DNA of 64,000 bases, from the NCBI GenBank assembly GCA_038087875.1, contig CM075989.1, positions 16,556,001-16,620,000 on the forward strand, written 5' to 3'. The position numbers and the translations under genes were made by a program. The notes beneath the pieces are model-generated. The model ran no database searches. It was not told the origin of the DNA and saw nothing but the letters and a program-made list of their open reading frames with translations. The stretch is from Malacoraja senta. Taxonomy: Eukaryota. How positions within the stretch are numbered: the stretch's first letter is position 1; the number at the start of each line of letters is the position of its first letter. This document shows, piece after piece, positions 22,601-35,584 of this stretch.

Positions 22601-22985
22601 AAAACACAAACTGCGTAATTAAAATGTTGTATGTTGGAATAAGGAACAAACCTCTTTAATCACTCGCTCATCATGTGCGAAATCTGCCAATGGTTTGATA
22701 GTAGATATTGATATATTCCTCAAAATTGATTTAGGAAAATAACAGTGCTCCAAATGATAGTTGGTACATATATACCAAATCAATCTGAGATGAAAGTAGA
22801 CCAGTAATGAATCTTTTAAAGGTTAAATATTTGTGCTAGGTTCTTAACCATAAGTAATGAAGTCACTTTAAAGTTTAGTTTAAGAGAATTGTTTGCACAT
22901 AATGTGCACTCAAGCTTGAGTTGTGGGATCAGGTATTTCACTCACAATTGTATTTCACTCATAACACCAATTCTAAAAATAGGTT

Positions 22986-24582
22986 TTCATACCCCTTGAA
23001 CTTTTCCACATTTTGTCACATTACAACCACAAACGTAAATGTATTTTATTGGGATTTTGTGATAGACCAACATAAAGTGGTGCATAATTGTGAAGTGGAA
23101 GGAAAATGATACATGGTTTTCAAATTTTTTTACAAATAAAAAACGGAAAAGTGTCGCGTTCAAAAGTATTCAGCCCCCCTGAGTCAATACTTTGTAGAAC
23201 CACCTTTCGCTGCAATTACAGCTGCAAGTCTTTTGGGGTATGTCTCTACCAACTTTGCACATCTAGAGACTGAAATTTTTGCCCATTCTTCTTTGCAAAA
23301 TAGCTCAAGCTCAGTCAGATTGGATGGAGAGCGTCTGTGAACAGCAATTTTCAAGTCTTGCCAGAGATTCTCAATTGGATTTAGGTCTGGACTTTGACTG
23401 GGCCATTCTAACACATGAATATGCTTTGATCTAAACCATTCCATTGTAGCTCTGGCTGTATGTTTAGGGTCGTTGTCCTGCTGGAAGGTGAACCTCCGCC
23501 CCAGTCTCAAGTCTTTTGCAGACTCTAACAGGTTTTCTTCCAAGATTGCCCTGTATTTGGCTCCATCCATCTTCCCATCAACTCTGACCAGCTTCCCTGT
23601 CCCTGCTAAAGAAAAGCATCCCCACAGCATGATGCTGCCACCACCATCTTTCACAGTGGGGATGGTGTGTTCAGGGTGATGTGCAGTGTTTGGTTTCCGC
23701 CACACATAGCGTTTTGCATTTAGGCCAAAAACTTCAATTTTGGTCTCATCTGACCAGAGCACCTTCCTCCACATGTTTGCTGTGTCCCCCACATGGCTTG
23801 TGGCAAACTGCAAACGGGACTTCTTATGGCTTTTTTTCAACAATGGCTTTCTTCTTGCCACTCTTCCATAAAGGCCCGATTTGTGGAGTGCACGACTAAT
23901 AGTTGTCCTGTGGACAGATTCTCCCACCTGAGCTGTGGATCTCTGCAGCTCCTCCAGTGTTACCATGGGCCTCTTGGCTGCTTCTCTGATCAATGCTCTC
24001 CTTGCCCGGCCTGTCAGTTTAGGTGGACGGCCATGTCTTGGTAGGTTTGCAGTTGTGCCATACTCTTTCCATTTTCGGATGATGGATTGAACAGTGCTCC
24101 GTGAGATGTTCAAAGCTTGGGATATTTTTTTATAACCTAACCCTGCTTTAAACTTCTCCACAACTTTATCCCTGACCTGTCTGGTGTGTTCCTTGGGCTT
24201 CATGATGCTGTTTGTTCACTAATGTTCTCTAACAAACCTCTGAGGCCTTCACAGAACAGCTGTATTTATACTGAGATTAGATTACACACAAGTGGACTCT
24301 ATTTACTAATTAGGTGACTTCTGAAGGCAATTGGTTGCACTGGATTTTATTTAGGGGTATCAGAGTAAAGGGGGCTGAATACTTTTGCACGCGACACTTT
24401 TCAGTTTTTTATTTGTAAAAAAATTTGAAAACCATGTATCATTTTCCTTCCACTTCACAATTATGCGCCACTTTGTGTTGGTCTATCACATAAAATCCCA
24501 ATAAAATACATTTACGTTTGTGGTTGTAACGTGACAAAATGTGGAAAAGTTCAAGGGGTATGAATACTTTTGCAAGCCACTG
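22986..24582 (-). mobile_element. Tc1-like DNA transposon with intact transposase; one TIR tip missing
   Basis: Right end ...TTTTGCAAGCCACTG followed by TA. About 200-bp TIRs. The left copy starts at ttcatacccc and lacks the outermost 18 or so bp. Confidence 0.94.
23184..24203 (-). CDS. Tc1 transposase, DD34E, 339 aa, uninterrupted
   Basis: Paired-like HTH with GRPPK, then WSDETK, QQDNDPKH and SPDLNPIE. I counted 34 residues between the second D and the E. Confidence 0.95.
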   Translation of the reverse strand: MKPKEHTRQVRDKVVEKFKAGLGYKKISQALNISRSTVQSIIRKWKEYGTTANLPRHGRPPKLTGRARRALIREAAKRPMVTLEELQRSTAQVGESVHRTTISRALHKSGLYGRVARRKPLLKKSHKKSRLQFATSHVGDTANMWRKVLWSDETKIEVFGLNAKRYVWRKPNTAHHPEHTIPTVKDGGGSIMLWGCFSLAGTGKLVRVDGKMDGAKYRAILEENLLESAKDLRLGRRFTFQQDNDPKHTARATMEWFRSKHIHVLEWPSQSPDLNPIENLWQDLKIAVHRRSPSNLTELELFCKEEWAKISVSRCAKLVETYPKRLAAVIAAKGGSTKY

Positions 24583-24691
24583 TATGTTTGGAGATTTAAG
24601 ATGAACATGGAAAATTCATGAAAAGAACATAACAAGAAATTGTTCACCCAAAGATGAGCAGATGCACCACACATGAAGGTTGCCCTTGTAG

Positions 24692-24880
24692 AGACACAAA
24701 ATGTTGGAGTAACTCAGCGGGACTCAAAGTCTGAAGAAGGGTCTCGACCCAAAACGTCACCCATGCCTTCTCTCCACAGATGCTGCCTATCTCTCCAGAG
24801 ACTCAGAGTCCCGCTGAGTTACTCCAGCATTTTGTGTCTATCTTCCATTTAAACCAGCATCTGCTGTTCCTTCCTACACA
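24692..24880. repeat. Penelope-derived short repeat with inverted segment and hammerhead-like motif
   Basis: agacacaaaatgttggagtaactcagcgggactc ... gagtcccgctgagttactccagcattttgtgtct flank ctgaagaagggtctcgacccaaaacgtc. Confidence 0.65.
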
Positions 24881-24906
24881 GGGTTGTCCATGTATGCTAT
24901 AAATAC

Positions 24907-24981
24907 CTGCTGAAAACTGTCCCGCACATGGGTTTGATCTTCAGGATGGCAAAAGTCTACGATATCCTTTCCCAGAAGCTC
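24907..24981 (-). CDS. ARNT2: ARNT2 internal coding exon (75 bp; [25 protein letters not shown])
   Basis: cag acceptor and gtattt donor. PAS-B FCHPEDQ motif; phase 0 at both ends. Confidence 0.95.
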
Positions 24982-25944
24982 CTGATGAGAAATAAAAAAA
25001 TCATGCACTTAAGTAACAGAACAGCTTATTATTCCTAACAACAATTCTTGCAGGAGGTGGCTGTGTTGTAATCCAGCATATTTCCTGATTCTAATTTTAA
25101 TCATGACAGATCAGAACTGGTATATATACTTAAATAAATAGAAATCCAAGGGGAATGAAAACAACTGAAGGGTCCCAACCCAAACATCGTCTATCCATGT
25201 CCTCCAGAGGTGCTGCCTTGTGTTTTTCTCTTAATGAAGACAACAAATTGCCTTGAATGTTTTTTTCTATCCATCTGTGTTTCTATAAATGACTTTGCTA
25301 CCCCTATCTCTTTGTGGATGTAAGATTCCCATCTTCCTTTCCCCCTTTCTCTGTATGCCCAACATACTTCAACTTGTATCAACTTCAGCTGTGAATTGCA
25401 AGCTACAGTTAGATTAGTCAGAAGGGCTTGGGTGGTTTTCACACAAAAACAGTGGCATTGCTGCTGGAACTACACACAAACTAAAATAGATCAGGATAAC
25501 ACAACCCGGTATAACAACAAACCAAGGTCTAATCAGGTAAGTTCTGGACCCACCATCATCATTACCATAGTCGTTTATCAATCAACATGTGATTACTACT
25601 TTCAAAGACAAAATCAGCAAAGCTTTGATTAGATTTTCAAAATCTAAATAACTTAACAGAAACTGGCATCGACCGGATGCCACTCATGAAGGAGATCTCA
25701 AGTAGTTAGATATATAACCAAGTGGAGTCCATCTGGTCCTTTGTAATATTTAAAACCAGCCAAAAGTCTTTCATCAGATCTAAAATTATTATACACTGTC
25801 TGCATCTGCTGAAATTTTCAGTGATGACTTTTGGAATGAAAAATGTCCCACCATATTCTGGATCAAATTAAACAGGGGAACTCCTTGGGTTGGTCAAATA
25901 TTAACTCAGATTCATTGTCAATTGCTAATGAATTGCTAATACAA

Positions 25945-27130
25945 GCCCAGTCGACCCATTCTTTCATCATACGTCTGTCCCGCCATCCCAGGAATTAACC
26001 TGGTGAACCTATGCTGCACTCCCTCAATAGCAATAAGGTCCTTCCTCAGATTAGGAGAGCAAAATTGCACACAATACTCCAGGTGCAGTCTCACCAGGGC
26101 CCTGTACAACTGCAGTAGGACTTCCTTGCTCCTAAACTCAAATTCACTGCCTGCTGTACCTGCATGCTTACTTTGAGTGACTGATGTACAAGCACTCCCA
26201 GGTCTCGTTGCACCTCCCCTTCTCCTAATCTGACAACCATTCAGATAATAATCTACCTTCCTGTTCTTGCCACCCAAGTGGATAATCTCGCATTTATCCA
26301 CATTATACTGCATCTGCCATGTTTCTGCCCACTCATCCAACCTATCCAAGTCACCCTGCAGCCTCAAAGCATTCTCCTCGCAGCTCACACTGCCACCCAG
26401 CTTTGTGCCATCCGCAAACTTAGAGATGTTACATTTAATTCCCTCATCTAAATCGTTAATATATATTGTAAATAACTTGGGTCCCAGAACCAAGCCTTGC
26501 GGCATCCCATTAGTCACCGCCTGCCATTCTAAAAAAGACCCGTTAATTCGTACTCGTACGCTTCCTGTCTGCCAACCAGTTCTCTATCCATGTCAATACC
26601 CTACCCCCAATACCATGTGCCCTAAATTTGCACATTAAGCTCTTGTGTGGGACCTTGTCAAAGGCTTTTTGAATGTCCAGATACACCACATCCCCTGGCT
26701 CTCCCTTATCCCTTCTACTTGTTACATCTTCAAAAAAATTCAAAAGATTAGTCAAGCATGATTTCCTCTTCATAAATCCATGCTGACTTTGATCGATCCC
26801 GTCACTGCTTTCCAAATGCGCTTCTATAACATCTTTAATAATCGACTCCAGCATCTTCCCCAAGGCTGTGTAGGAAAGAACTGCAGATGCTGGTTTAAAT
26901 CAAAGGTAGACACAAAATACTGGAGTAACTCAGCGCGTTAGGCAACATCTCTAGAGCGAAGGAATGGGTGACATTTCGGGTCGAGACCCTTCTTCAGACT
27001 AACTTCCCCAAGGCTAACTGGTCTATAATTCCCCGTTTTCTCCATCCCTCCTTTCTTAAAAAGTGGAGTTACATTGGCTACCCTCCAGTCTACAGGAACT
27101 GATCCAGAGTCGAGAGAACATTGAAAAATT
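25945..27130 (-). mobile_element. CR1-type LINE RT fragment, decayed, interrupted by a short insertion
   Basis: DWRVANVTPLFKKG, NYRPVSL, QHGFMKRKSCLTNL, YLDIQKAFDKVPH, PQGLVLGP, KFADGTK and LEYCVQF. Confidence 0.9.
26868..27002 (-). mobile_element. Penelope-derived short element with a 13-bp TSD, nested in CR1
   Basis: cttccccaaggct on both sides (26855-26867 and 27003-27015). Carries ctgaagaagggtctcgacccgaaatgtc on the minus strand. Confidence 0.75.
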
Positions 27131-27139
27131 ATGATGCCG

Positions 27140-27400
27140 TACAGTGCCAGAGACCCGGGATCGATCCTGACTACAAGTGCTGCCTGTACGGAGTTTGTAC
27201 ATTCTCCGTGACCGCGTGGGTTTTCTCCGAGTGCTCTGTTTTCCTCCCACATTCCAAAGACCTGCAGGTTTATAGGTTAATTGGCTTCTGTAAATGACCC
27301 CTCGTGTCTAGGCGAAGACTAGTGTATGGGTGATTGTGGTCGGCATGGTCTCGGTGAGCTGAACTCTGTTTCCACGCTGCATCTCCAATCTAAACTAAAC
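27140..27400 (+). mobile_element. tRNA-derived V-SINE-like element (HE1-type); relatives near 30900-31040(-), 38210-38365(-) and 48500-48845(+)
   Basis: B-box-like gggatcgatcc, core ggagtttgtacattctccgtgaccgcgtgggttttctcc...ttcctcccacattccaaaga, and a (taaac)n tail. Confidence 0.7.
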
Positions 27401-30400
27401 ATTGCCAAACCTTATTGGGGAGGTTTAGCTTTCAGCACCTGGCAACTGAGGTAGTAGGAGTGGGAAAGGTAGATTCAAAGGTGGAGGGTGCGATGTGAGG
27501 AGGCAGTCATGTATGCTGGGGAATTCAACAATTGTCCAACAGTATTAACCCACCTTTTTTGGAATTGTTTTCCTTTGCTGAATTCTGAGCTTTTCCAGTT
27601 CTATCAAGCTTGCTACTCCTTTTGGATTCATTCCTCTCCATAATATTATCAAATTGTTTTCATGGTTGGACCACTTTTACCATTAGGCATTTGTATTTTG
27701 AAGTAATACATATTTCACAGAAACCACACACACATTCTAGGCATTGTTTGCTTTTAAATAGTCTCTTTGAATACTTTTAGCTTTTAATAGTCTCAGTCGT
27801 CCATGGTCAGCACACAAATCTTACTTTGGCACTTTGCGATGTTTAGATTTAAGACCCTGTTTTCCAATTGAACAAAATCATCATTGACCTTAACATGACT
27901 CCTTCCTGAGGGCTACTTAACTACACAATTTTCAATGCACTGATCCAGAAAACCAGTATAATTGCCAAGTCCAGTGGCAGAATACACCGGGAAATCAGCA
28001 GTAGAGTGTAGCCTGTGAGATTGGGAGTCCCAAACCTGCAGTGGGAAACTACTGGCAGTTCACCACAGAACTATCAGAATTCTGATAGCAAGTTCCGGCC
28101 TACTGATTCTATTAATAATTAATAATCCTCGATTAAACCCACTGCAACATTCTCCTTTCAAGAATGTTTCTGCTGCTGATTTCCCAGCTGTCCAGCCTTT
28201 CATGATTGGTAATCTTCCATTTCTGGTACCTTTCTAACCATGCTTTTGTTTTATTACACTCACTTGGTTAAGGTTTATTGATTACCTAATTATATTGACA
28301 TGCTACTTTTATTAATTTGTACAGAAACAATCAGAGCTTCCTTTGTTTTCCATCTCCCTCACTGTTTTTTGCTATTTTTCCTACCCTATGTAATATCTCA
28401 CACAGATCTCTTTACATTTAGACAATAGACAATAGGTGTAGGAATAGGCCATTCGGCCCTTCGAGCCAGCACCGCCATTCAATGTGATCATGACTGATCA
28501 TCCCCAATCAGTACCCCGTACCTGCCTTCTCCCCATATCCCCTGACTCCGCTATTTTTAAGAGCCCTATCTAGCTCTCTCTTGAAAGCATCCAGAGAACC
28601 GGCCTCTGAGGCAGAGAATTCCACAGACAATTTATTTGCCAATTATATGTCATTACCGCAAATTAAAGAATTGTTATTTTCTAATGTGTGACAGCTTGTC
28701 CCAATATTAACTAATACCATGCTATCAAGTTTGATGTCAACATTACATATGGGAATTGTTATTTGGGATTATATGGGATTCATGACCTATATTATTAAAT
28801 CCAATCTGGCCATGCCAAAATTAAATTCCTCTCTTTAACTTGCTAATTCAACCACAACCTGATTGCTTGTGCCTTAACATTCTGGGCCAGCCTGCCATGC
28901 AGGACTTTGTCAAAAGCCTTATCAAACCCTCCCCACCTCCCTCCCTACCTCCCCCACTTCCTTTTTCCCACTTGGACTCACATTCATCTCTCCCATTCCC
29001 CTCTCCTTCCACCTACATTCCTTCCTCCAGCTTCACAATTCACAACATTTATATCCTTATCTCACACCTTAAGTCTTTTAATCTCTGGCCTTTGTCCAAC
29101 CATCTGCCTATCCAAAACCCTCATAACCTGTATCCACCAAACATTTGCCAGGCCTCCTCTCTTCCAGCTCTCATCCTCCAACACCACAATCAGTCTGAAG
29201 AAGGCATCCCTGGCCTGAAAAGTCACCTTTGTTCTCCAGAGAAGCTGCATGACCAGCATCCTTGTTCCTTGTTTCGACACCGTACTAAATTCCAGGTAAG
29301 TCACATCTACCACTCTGCCTTCAATAATTGTCATATAACTCCTCAAAAAACTTCAGATTTATGATATGGGATATGTCTTGCAGACTTGTCCTAATCAGTA
29401 CCTGCCTTTCCAAATGAACAAAAATCCTGTCCCTTAAAATCTTCTCCAATAAATTCCCTACCACTGATGTAAACTCACTGGCCTGGACCTTCCTGGCTTA
29501 TGACCATTGCCCTTTTCAAACAAGGGGATAACAAAGATGCACAAATCTCTGTCAGAGCCTCAAAAATCTCCTCCCTTTCTTCCTTAGCATCGTGGGATAG
29601 ATTATGTCAGGATGTTAATGTGTGACACTATCTCTTACACTTCCTACCACTCTAACATGACTGGTTAGAATGCAACGAAAGCTTTGTCATGTGTACCAAG
29701 GTACAGTGAAATCAACTGCATTTCCTTGATTGCAATAATATCATAATCCCATTTGCTGATCTATCCTCTCAGCTCGGGCCACCTGATCTGTGAGGCTCCT
29801 GACATTCCAGTAAATGTAGTTAAATTTACTAGCCTTCTCATGCTTCCCACCAGTCTCCATCTGCTCTGCCCACTAGACTTGCTTTTTCTATTTTCTGCAC
29901 ATGGGTCAGCCTCCCTGCCAGCTGGTCCCACCTACCTGCTTCACTGGTTGAAACCCTCCCAACCAACTTCCCTGCAATGCAACATTTCCTCTTTGTACTG
30001 GTCACCCCTGTCCCAGAAGCGATTCCAATGATCCAAAAACCTGAAGACCCGAAGCACTCCTCCATCCGCACCTGCTTTTTAACATTCATCTGCCCTATTT
30101 TTGTCTTATTGATGTTTGTCACAGAATTCTGCGAATAAATTGCAGCCATGATTATGTTCCCCACTGACTGCCACAAAACGCCATCTGGTTGTGGGTGTGG
30201 CTTTTGTATACGGTCTTTAATGCTGGACTCTGTAATTAGCCGTTGAGTGTGTGCATACATCCTCAATCCTAAAGAGCACTAAAATATCCTGAATAGTGTA
30301 AAATCAGGCAAAAATAATTATAAACAAAGTTAAATAAATGTAGGATTCATTTCAGAGAGTATTTTTTCTTAAAAGGGAAAAGATAGTCCAATGTGGAATT

Positions 30401-31483
30401 GGTCATGATATTTTTTGGCCTTAAACTAGTTAATTTCACTGAACATTCTCAACAATTTAAAGAAAGTGTTTAAGGGCTAGATTACTGATCTCACAAATAC
30501 ACACGTAGTCTGGAGATCGCAGATGATCAGGAGATTACAACACTCCAGGAAACCTCTGTGGTTGAAATTTTCTTAAACTGGTAAAAAAAAAAGTATTCGA
30601 TTTTTACAGTTCTTATTGTCCATTGACTAAAATCAGACAACAATCAGTGCATATATTTTAGAATTATAGAATCACACAGCACAAACAGGCCCCAGCCTAA
30701 GTGTTCGTATTGCACCCATCTGCACCAGTCTGAAGAAGGGTCTCGACTCGAAGCGTTACCGATCCGTGTTCTCCAAAGATGCTGCCTGACCTGCTGAGTT
30801 ACTCCAGCACTTTGTGTTCTTCTGTGCACTAATCCTACTCTCGTGCCAATTTACTCTCTCCACATTCCCATCAACTATCCCCAGATTATACCACTCATCT
30901 CAGCTATGGGTATTGGACATGTCTTTCGGATGTGGAAGGAAACTAATACATCCAGAGGAAACACCTGCTGTCAGAGGGGGGAACATGCAAATTCAACACA
31001 AACAGCATTTGTGGTCAGAATTGAATCTACTAGCTGTGCCACAGGGTGAAGACATTTCTTAAGCAAAAGACGATCCCTTGCCATGTGTGGATGGATGGGA
31101 ATTAGCTGTTAGGAGTAGGATAAGCCTGTCAGTGCTTCTTTTAAACTGACACGTTGACATTTGCTAGGTCTGAACGTATTTGGTTGACAGACAAGATTAC
31201 CACAGCCCACGGCACTTTCATGATTTACAACCATCAGCAAAGCCATAAAAACCATGTAACTGGCTCTGTATTCAGACCGTACTTCTCTAATGCTGCCTCC
31301 ATCCTATATAAATAAATATTTGCCCTCCTCAAATACCTTGCTGCAGTGCTAATACTGTACTTCAGTACTGTAAAGAGTTGATGAGATCAGGATAAATTTC
31401 AGACTTTAAAGCTATGGAAAAGAGCATTAATCAATGAAGAGATATTTGTAAAAGATTGTAAATACATGAGCAGAGGAACTAAC

Positions 31484-31618
31484 CTGCGGTTGATAGCCAA
31501 TGACAGTGATGCATCTGTGATCCACAAACGTGAAGAGTCCATCGGAATTATGTCTGGACAAGAACTCTGTGGGGATGGCGTGGCCATTCATATCCATGCA
31601 CACCGGTGAACTGGTGAC
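31484..31618 (-). CDS. ARNT2: ARNT2 internal coding exon (135 bp; [45 protein letters not shown]), start of PAS-B
   Basis: cag acceptor and gttagt donor. VCMDMNG and [10 protein letters not shown] favour ARNT2 over ARNT1. Confidence 0.96.
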
Positions 31619-34600
31619 CTGAGAAAGATTGTATCAGAATTAAAAGAAATGGAGTTGCAATCCCGCATTCAAAGTGTGTTCATTTACCTCTCAAGTTTCA
31701 AGCAAAGATTCAGTTGGGCAGACAGCCTCATTTTCAATACAAAAAGCAAGGCCTTGCCTTGTTAGACCGCAAAACCCTAATGAGAATTGAGCTGTCATCA
31801 GCTGAGATCATCATAAAAAACATTGATTTTTACAGTATCTTTATATAGTAGCTAAATACTTCAAAAAAAGGCAGAAATCCAAGCTTAGCTTCGTGAAGTA
31901 CTTGCCAAAACGTTTCCCCTTCCTTACACTACTGTGTGGAGGGAAAGTGATTCAGAAAACAGTGGGTTGTCCTTTTGTACAAATTGCACTCTAAGTGGGC
32001 ATATTTTCATTGCCTCACAATTATCGGCACCCGGCTGCTTGGAGAGAAATATAGGAAATAGAAATATAGCCATTCAAATCACCTCGCTTGATAAGATCGT
32101 AACTCATCTGCTTCCTAACTGTCTACCTGCCTTGTTGCTGCAGCCTTAATACAATCGGATTTGCAGAAACGAGGTGAAATAGAAAGCCGTCAAGATCAGT
32201 AGAAGCAGTAAAAAAGATATTTATGTGAAAATAAAATCAAGATAATCTATTCCTTTGACACTTTAATAGGCCGATGTATCTGTATTATTGAAAACATTAC
32301 AGAATACATGATTTTGCCATTTGAACATATGCTGAGTCCAAGTGTACGTTGTTTTGAATACTTTCTTACGACACATGTAAACAATACCAATGATTGTGAG
32401 AATCCTATTATTTGCAGGTTAGCTCACAATCTGTTCTATTAACATCTATCATGCTTGAAAACAGCCATATATGGATGTCAATCCCTCTGTACTTCATTCA
32501 CTTTCCGTCTCTCTCCACTTTGATAATAATCCACCTGCTGGCTTTGCAGGCTGGATGTGGCTGCAACTGGTAGAATACCCCAGGCATCAGTACTTGGCCC
32601 TCAATTATTTATGATTTATCGCAATGAGCTGGAGGAGGAGGTAGAGTGTAAGATATCCAAGTTGTCAATGATATTAAAACAGGTGGGAAGTCTGCTGCCC
32701 ATGTCCTTCTTAGTGGAAGAGATCACAGATTTGGGCAGTGCTATTGGAGTATCCTAGATGAGCTACTATAGTGCATTTTGTAGAGAACACACCAAGCAAC
32801 AGTGTGCCACTGGAAAGGGGAATTAATATATAGAGTGGCTGATCAGGTGCCAACACAACACTTGTTCTGACCTGGATGTTGTCAAGGAAATTCATTTTAT
32901 TGGAGCTGTGCTCAACCAGGCAAGTGGAGAGTGTTTCATCAGACTCCTCACACGTCTTTATTTGGGGATGAAGGTGAGATACCCAGCATCTGATCTTCTC
33001 TTACAGCCACAAACTTTGTGGCTGGTTCAGTTGAGTATCCACTCAATGATGACCCCTCAGGATGTTGATGGTATGTATGTTGATGTTGATAGGCAACAGT
33101 ACTGCAAGGGTGTCTCTCAGTTGCCATCGGGAAGAAGGAGCTTGAAATCAGGAACATCCAGGTTCAGGAACAGCTTCTTCCCCACAGCCATCAGGCTATT
33201 AAACTCACCATCAAACAAACTCTGAACAATAACAGCCTATTGCACTTTATCTGTTTATTTATTGTGTATATATATGGTCTATGGTATATAGACCCACTGA
33301 ACTTTTATCTCCTGTTCTGTATTATGTTTACATATTCTGTTGTGCTGCAGCAAGCAAGAATTTCATTGTCCTATCTGGGACACATGACAATAAAACTCTC
33401 TTGACTCTTGGGTTGCTAGATGATCTCTTGCAGGAGATACTCAATGGTAGTTTTGAGGTGCAACTGTTATTTGCCGCTTATCATCCCATGTCCAAACATG
33501 GTCTAGGTTTTGTTACACACAGGCATGTAACATCATTTACGGGGTAGTTGCGAAAGCAATTAAACATTGTGCAAATCATAACTGAACATCACAACTTCTC
33601 ACCTTATACTGGAAGGTCATGAGTGAAACAAACTGGTGGTGAGTCTAGGATACTATCCCCAGGAACTCCTGCAGCCATATCCTCAAGCTGCATTGAATGG
33701 CTGGAAAAGCCACAAACATCTTCATTTGAGCAAGGTATGACTCGAACCCTTAATACCCATTGACTTCAGCTTTATCAAAGCACCTTGATGCCACAGTTAG
33801 TCAAATATGATGTTGATGTCATCTCATCTCACACTGAAATTCCACTCTTTGGTTTATATTTTGACCAATGTTATGAAGAAGTTTGGAACTATGCATTACA
33901 GCAAAACCATCTGGGCATTGATAAGTTTGTTCTGCATGTCCAAGTGCCATTTCTTAGTTATATTTTACATTATTCTGCTTACAATTGAAAGTTGACTGAT
34001 TGAACATTACTTAGCCTTGTAGGATTGATCCTAATATTTGTGAATGAGCATACTTTGGAAATCTTCCAATGTTGGATAGATGCCAATGTTGTAACTAAAC
34101 TGCAGCATCTTGGCAAAAGGCACGGCAAGCTCTGCAATGCAAGTCTCAGTACTAAAGCCGCTTTGTGATCTGGTATTCCACAAATTACAGCGCACCATTT
34201 AGGGAGCCCCAAAATGGCCATAACCACAGACTGCTGAAAATAGAGTGCCCGCAACCTAATTACCCTTCATTATAATTCACACAACTGTGTGGAATTGTAT
34301 TCTGAATAATGCTATTCATAGAATATTAGAGTTCACTTATGGGACATGGGAAAGATTGGCATACTCAACATTTATTGGCCATCTCTTATTCACATTAGGA
34401 AGATTGATGGTTACTTGTTTTTTCAAACTGTTGCAATACATGAGGTCAATGTATTTTTTACACATGTTGGGTGGAGTAAACAATTTTGCCCAATAGTAAG
34501 AAGTCAATTTTCACATCCCAAAATATTGCAAAAACGGTTTCAAAGTTCCATTAGCCTTGATTTTCTCTTGTAGATCTGAACTGAATAATGGTTCAGTTAA

Positions 34601-35584
34601 GTTAAATGTATCCTTTTTCAGTCTATCAATATTCTCACAAGGGTGGTTGCTGGTGTTATTGGGAAGTATTTGAACCAGAATGATGGTGTTATAGGAATAA
34701 CCTGAGCGGGGAAACTGAAGTAGAGGAAAACCTAGCAAACCTGAGGATTGGAAGCAATTTAGGATTCAGCAAAAGTGGACCAATGGATTAGAGGCAAAAT
34801 AGAATATGAATTTGAAGAAGGGTTTCGGCCCGAAACGTTGCCTATTTCCTTCGCTCCATAGATGCTGCTGCACCCGCTGAGTTTCTCCAGCATTTTTATG
34901 TACCTTAGAATATGAGTAAGCTTGTAGAGAACATAAAAAGTAGTTATAATTGCTTCTACAGATAATGTGAAGAGAAAAAACATTAGTGAAGACAAATGTA
35001 ACTCTCATATAGAAATATGGGATTTTTAATGGGGTGTAAAGAAACAGCAGACCAATTAATTACACATTTTGATTCTGTCTTCACAAAGTAAGATACAATT
35101 AACCTCCCAAGATTGTTGGAGAACAAAGGGTCTAGTGAGAGGGAAAACGAATTGAATTCAGCATTAGTAGGGAAACGGCGTTAGGAAAATTGAAGGTATT
35201 AGAGATAGATTCTTTAGTCCGTGGAATGGTTCCAATGGATTGGAGGGTAGCTAATGCAGCAACAATATATTAAAAAATGGGTTAGAGATAAATAATGTGG
35301 TTAGCCTGACAGTGATGGCGGGGATAATAGTGGAGTCCATTATAAAAGATATACCAGATCATGGTGAAGAATGACAGGATTGGACAGGGTCAACATGTAT
35401 TTGTGAAAGGAAAATCATACTTAATATATCTATTAGAATTTTGTGAGGAAGTAACTAGCAGAATAGATGAAAAAGAACCAGAGAATCGGCATTTTGGATT
35501 TTTGGAAATCTTGTGGTAAGGCACATGCTAAAGATTAGTCTGCAAAATTATGGGACATCCTCATGCTCCTATTTTCTGGTTTTA

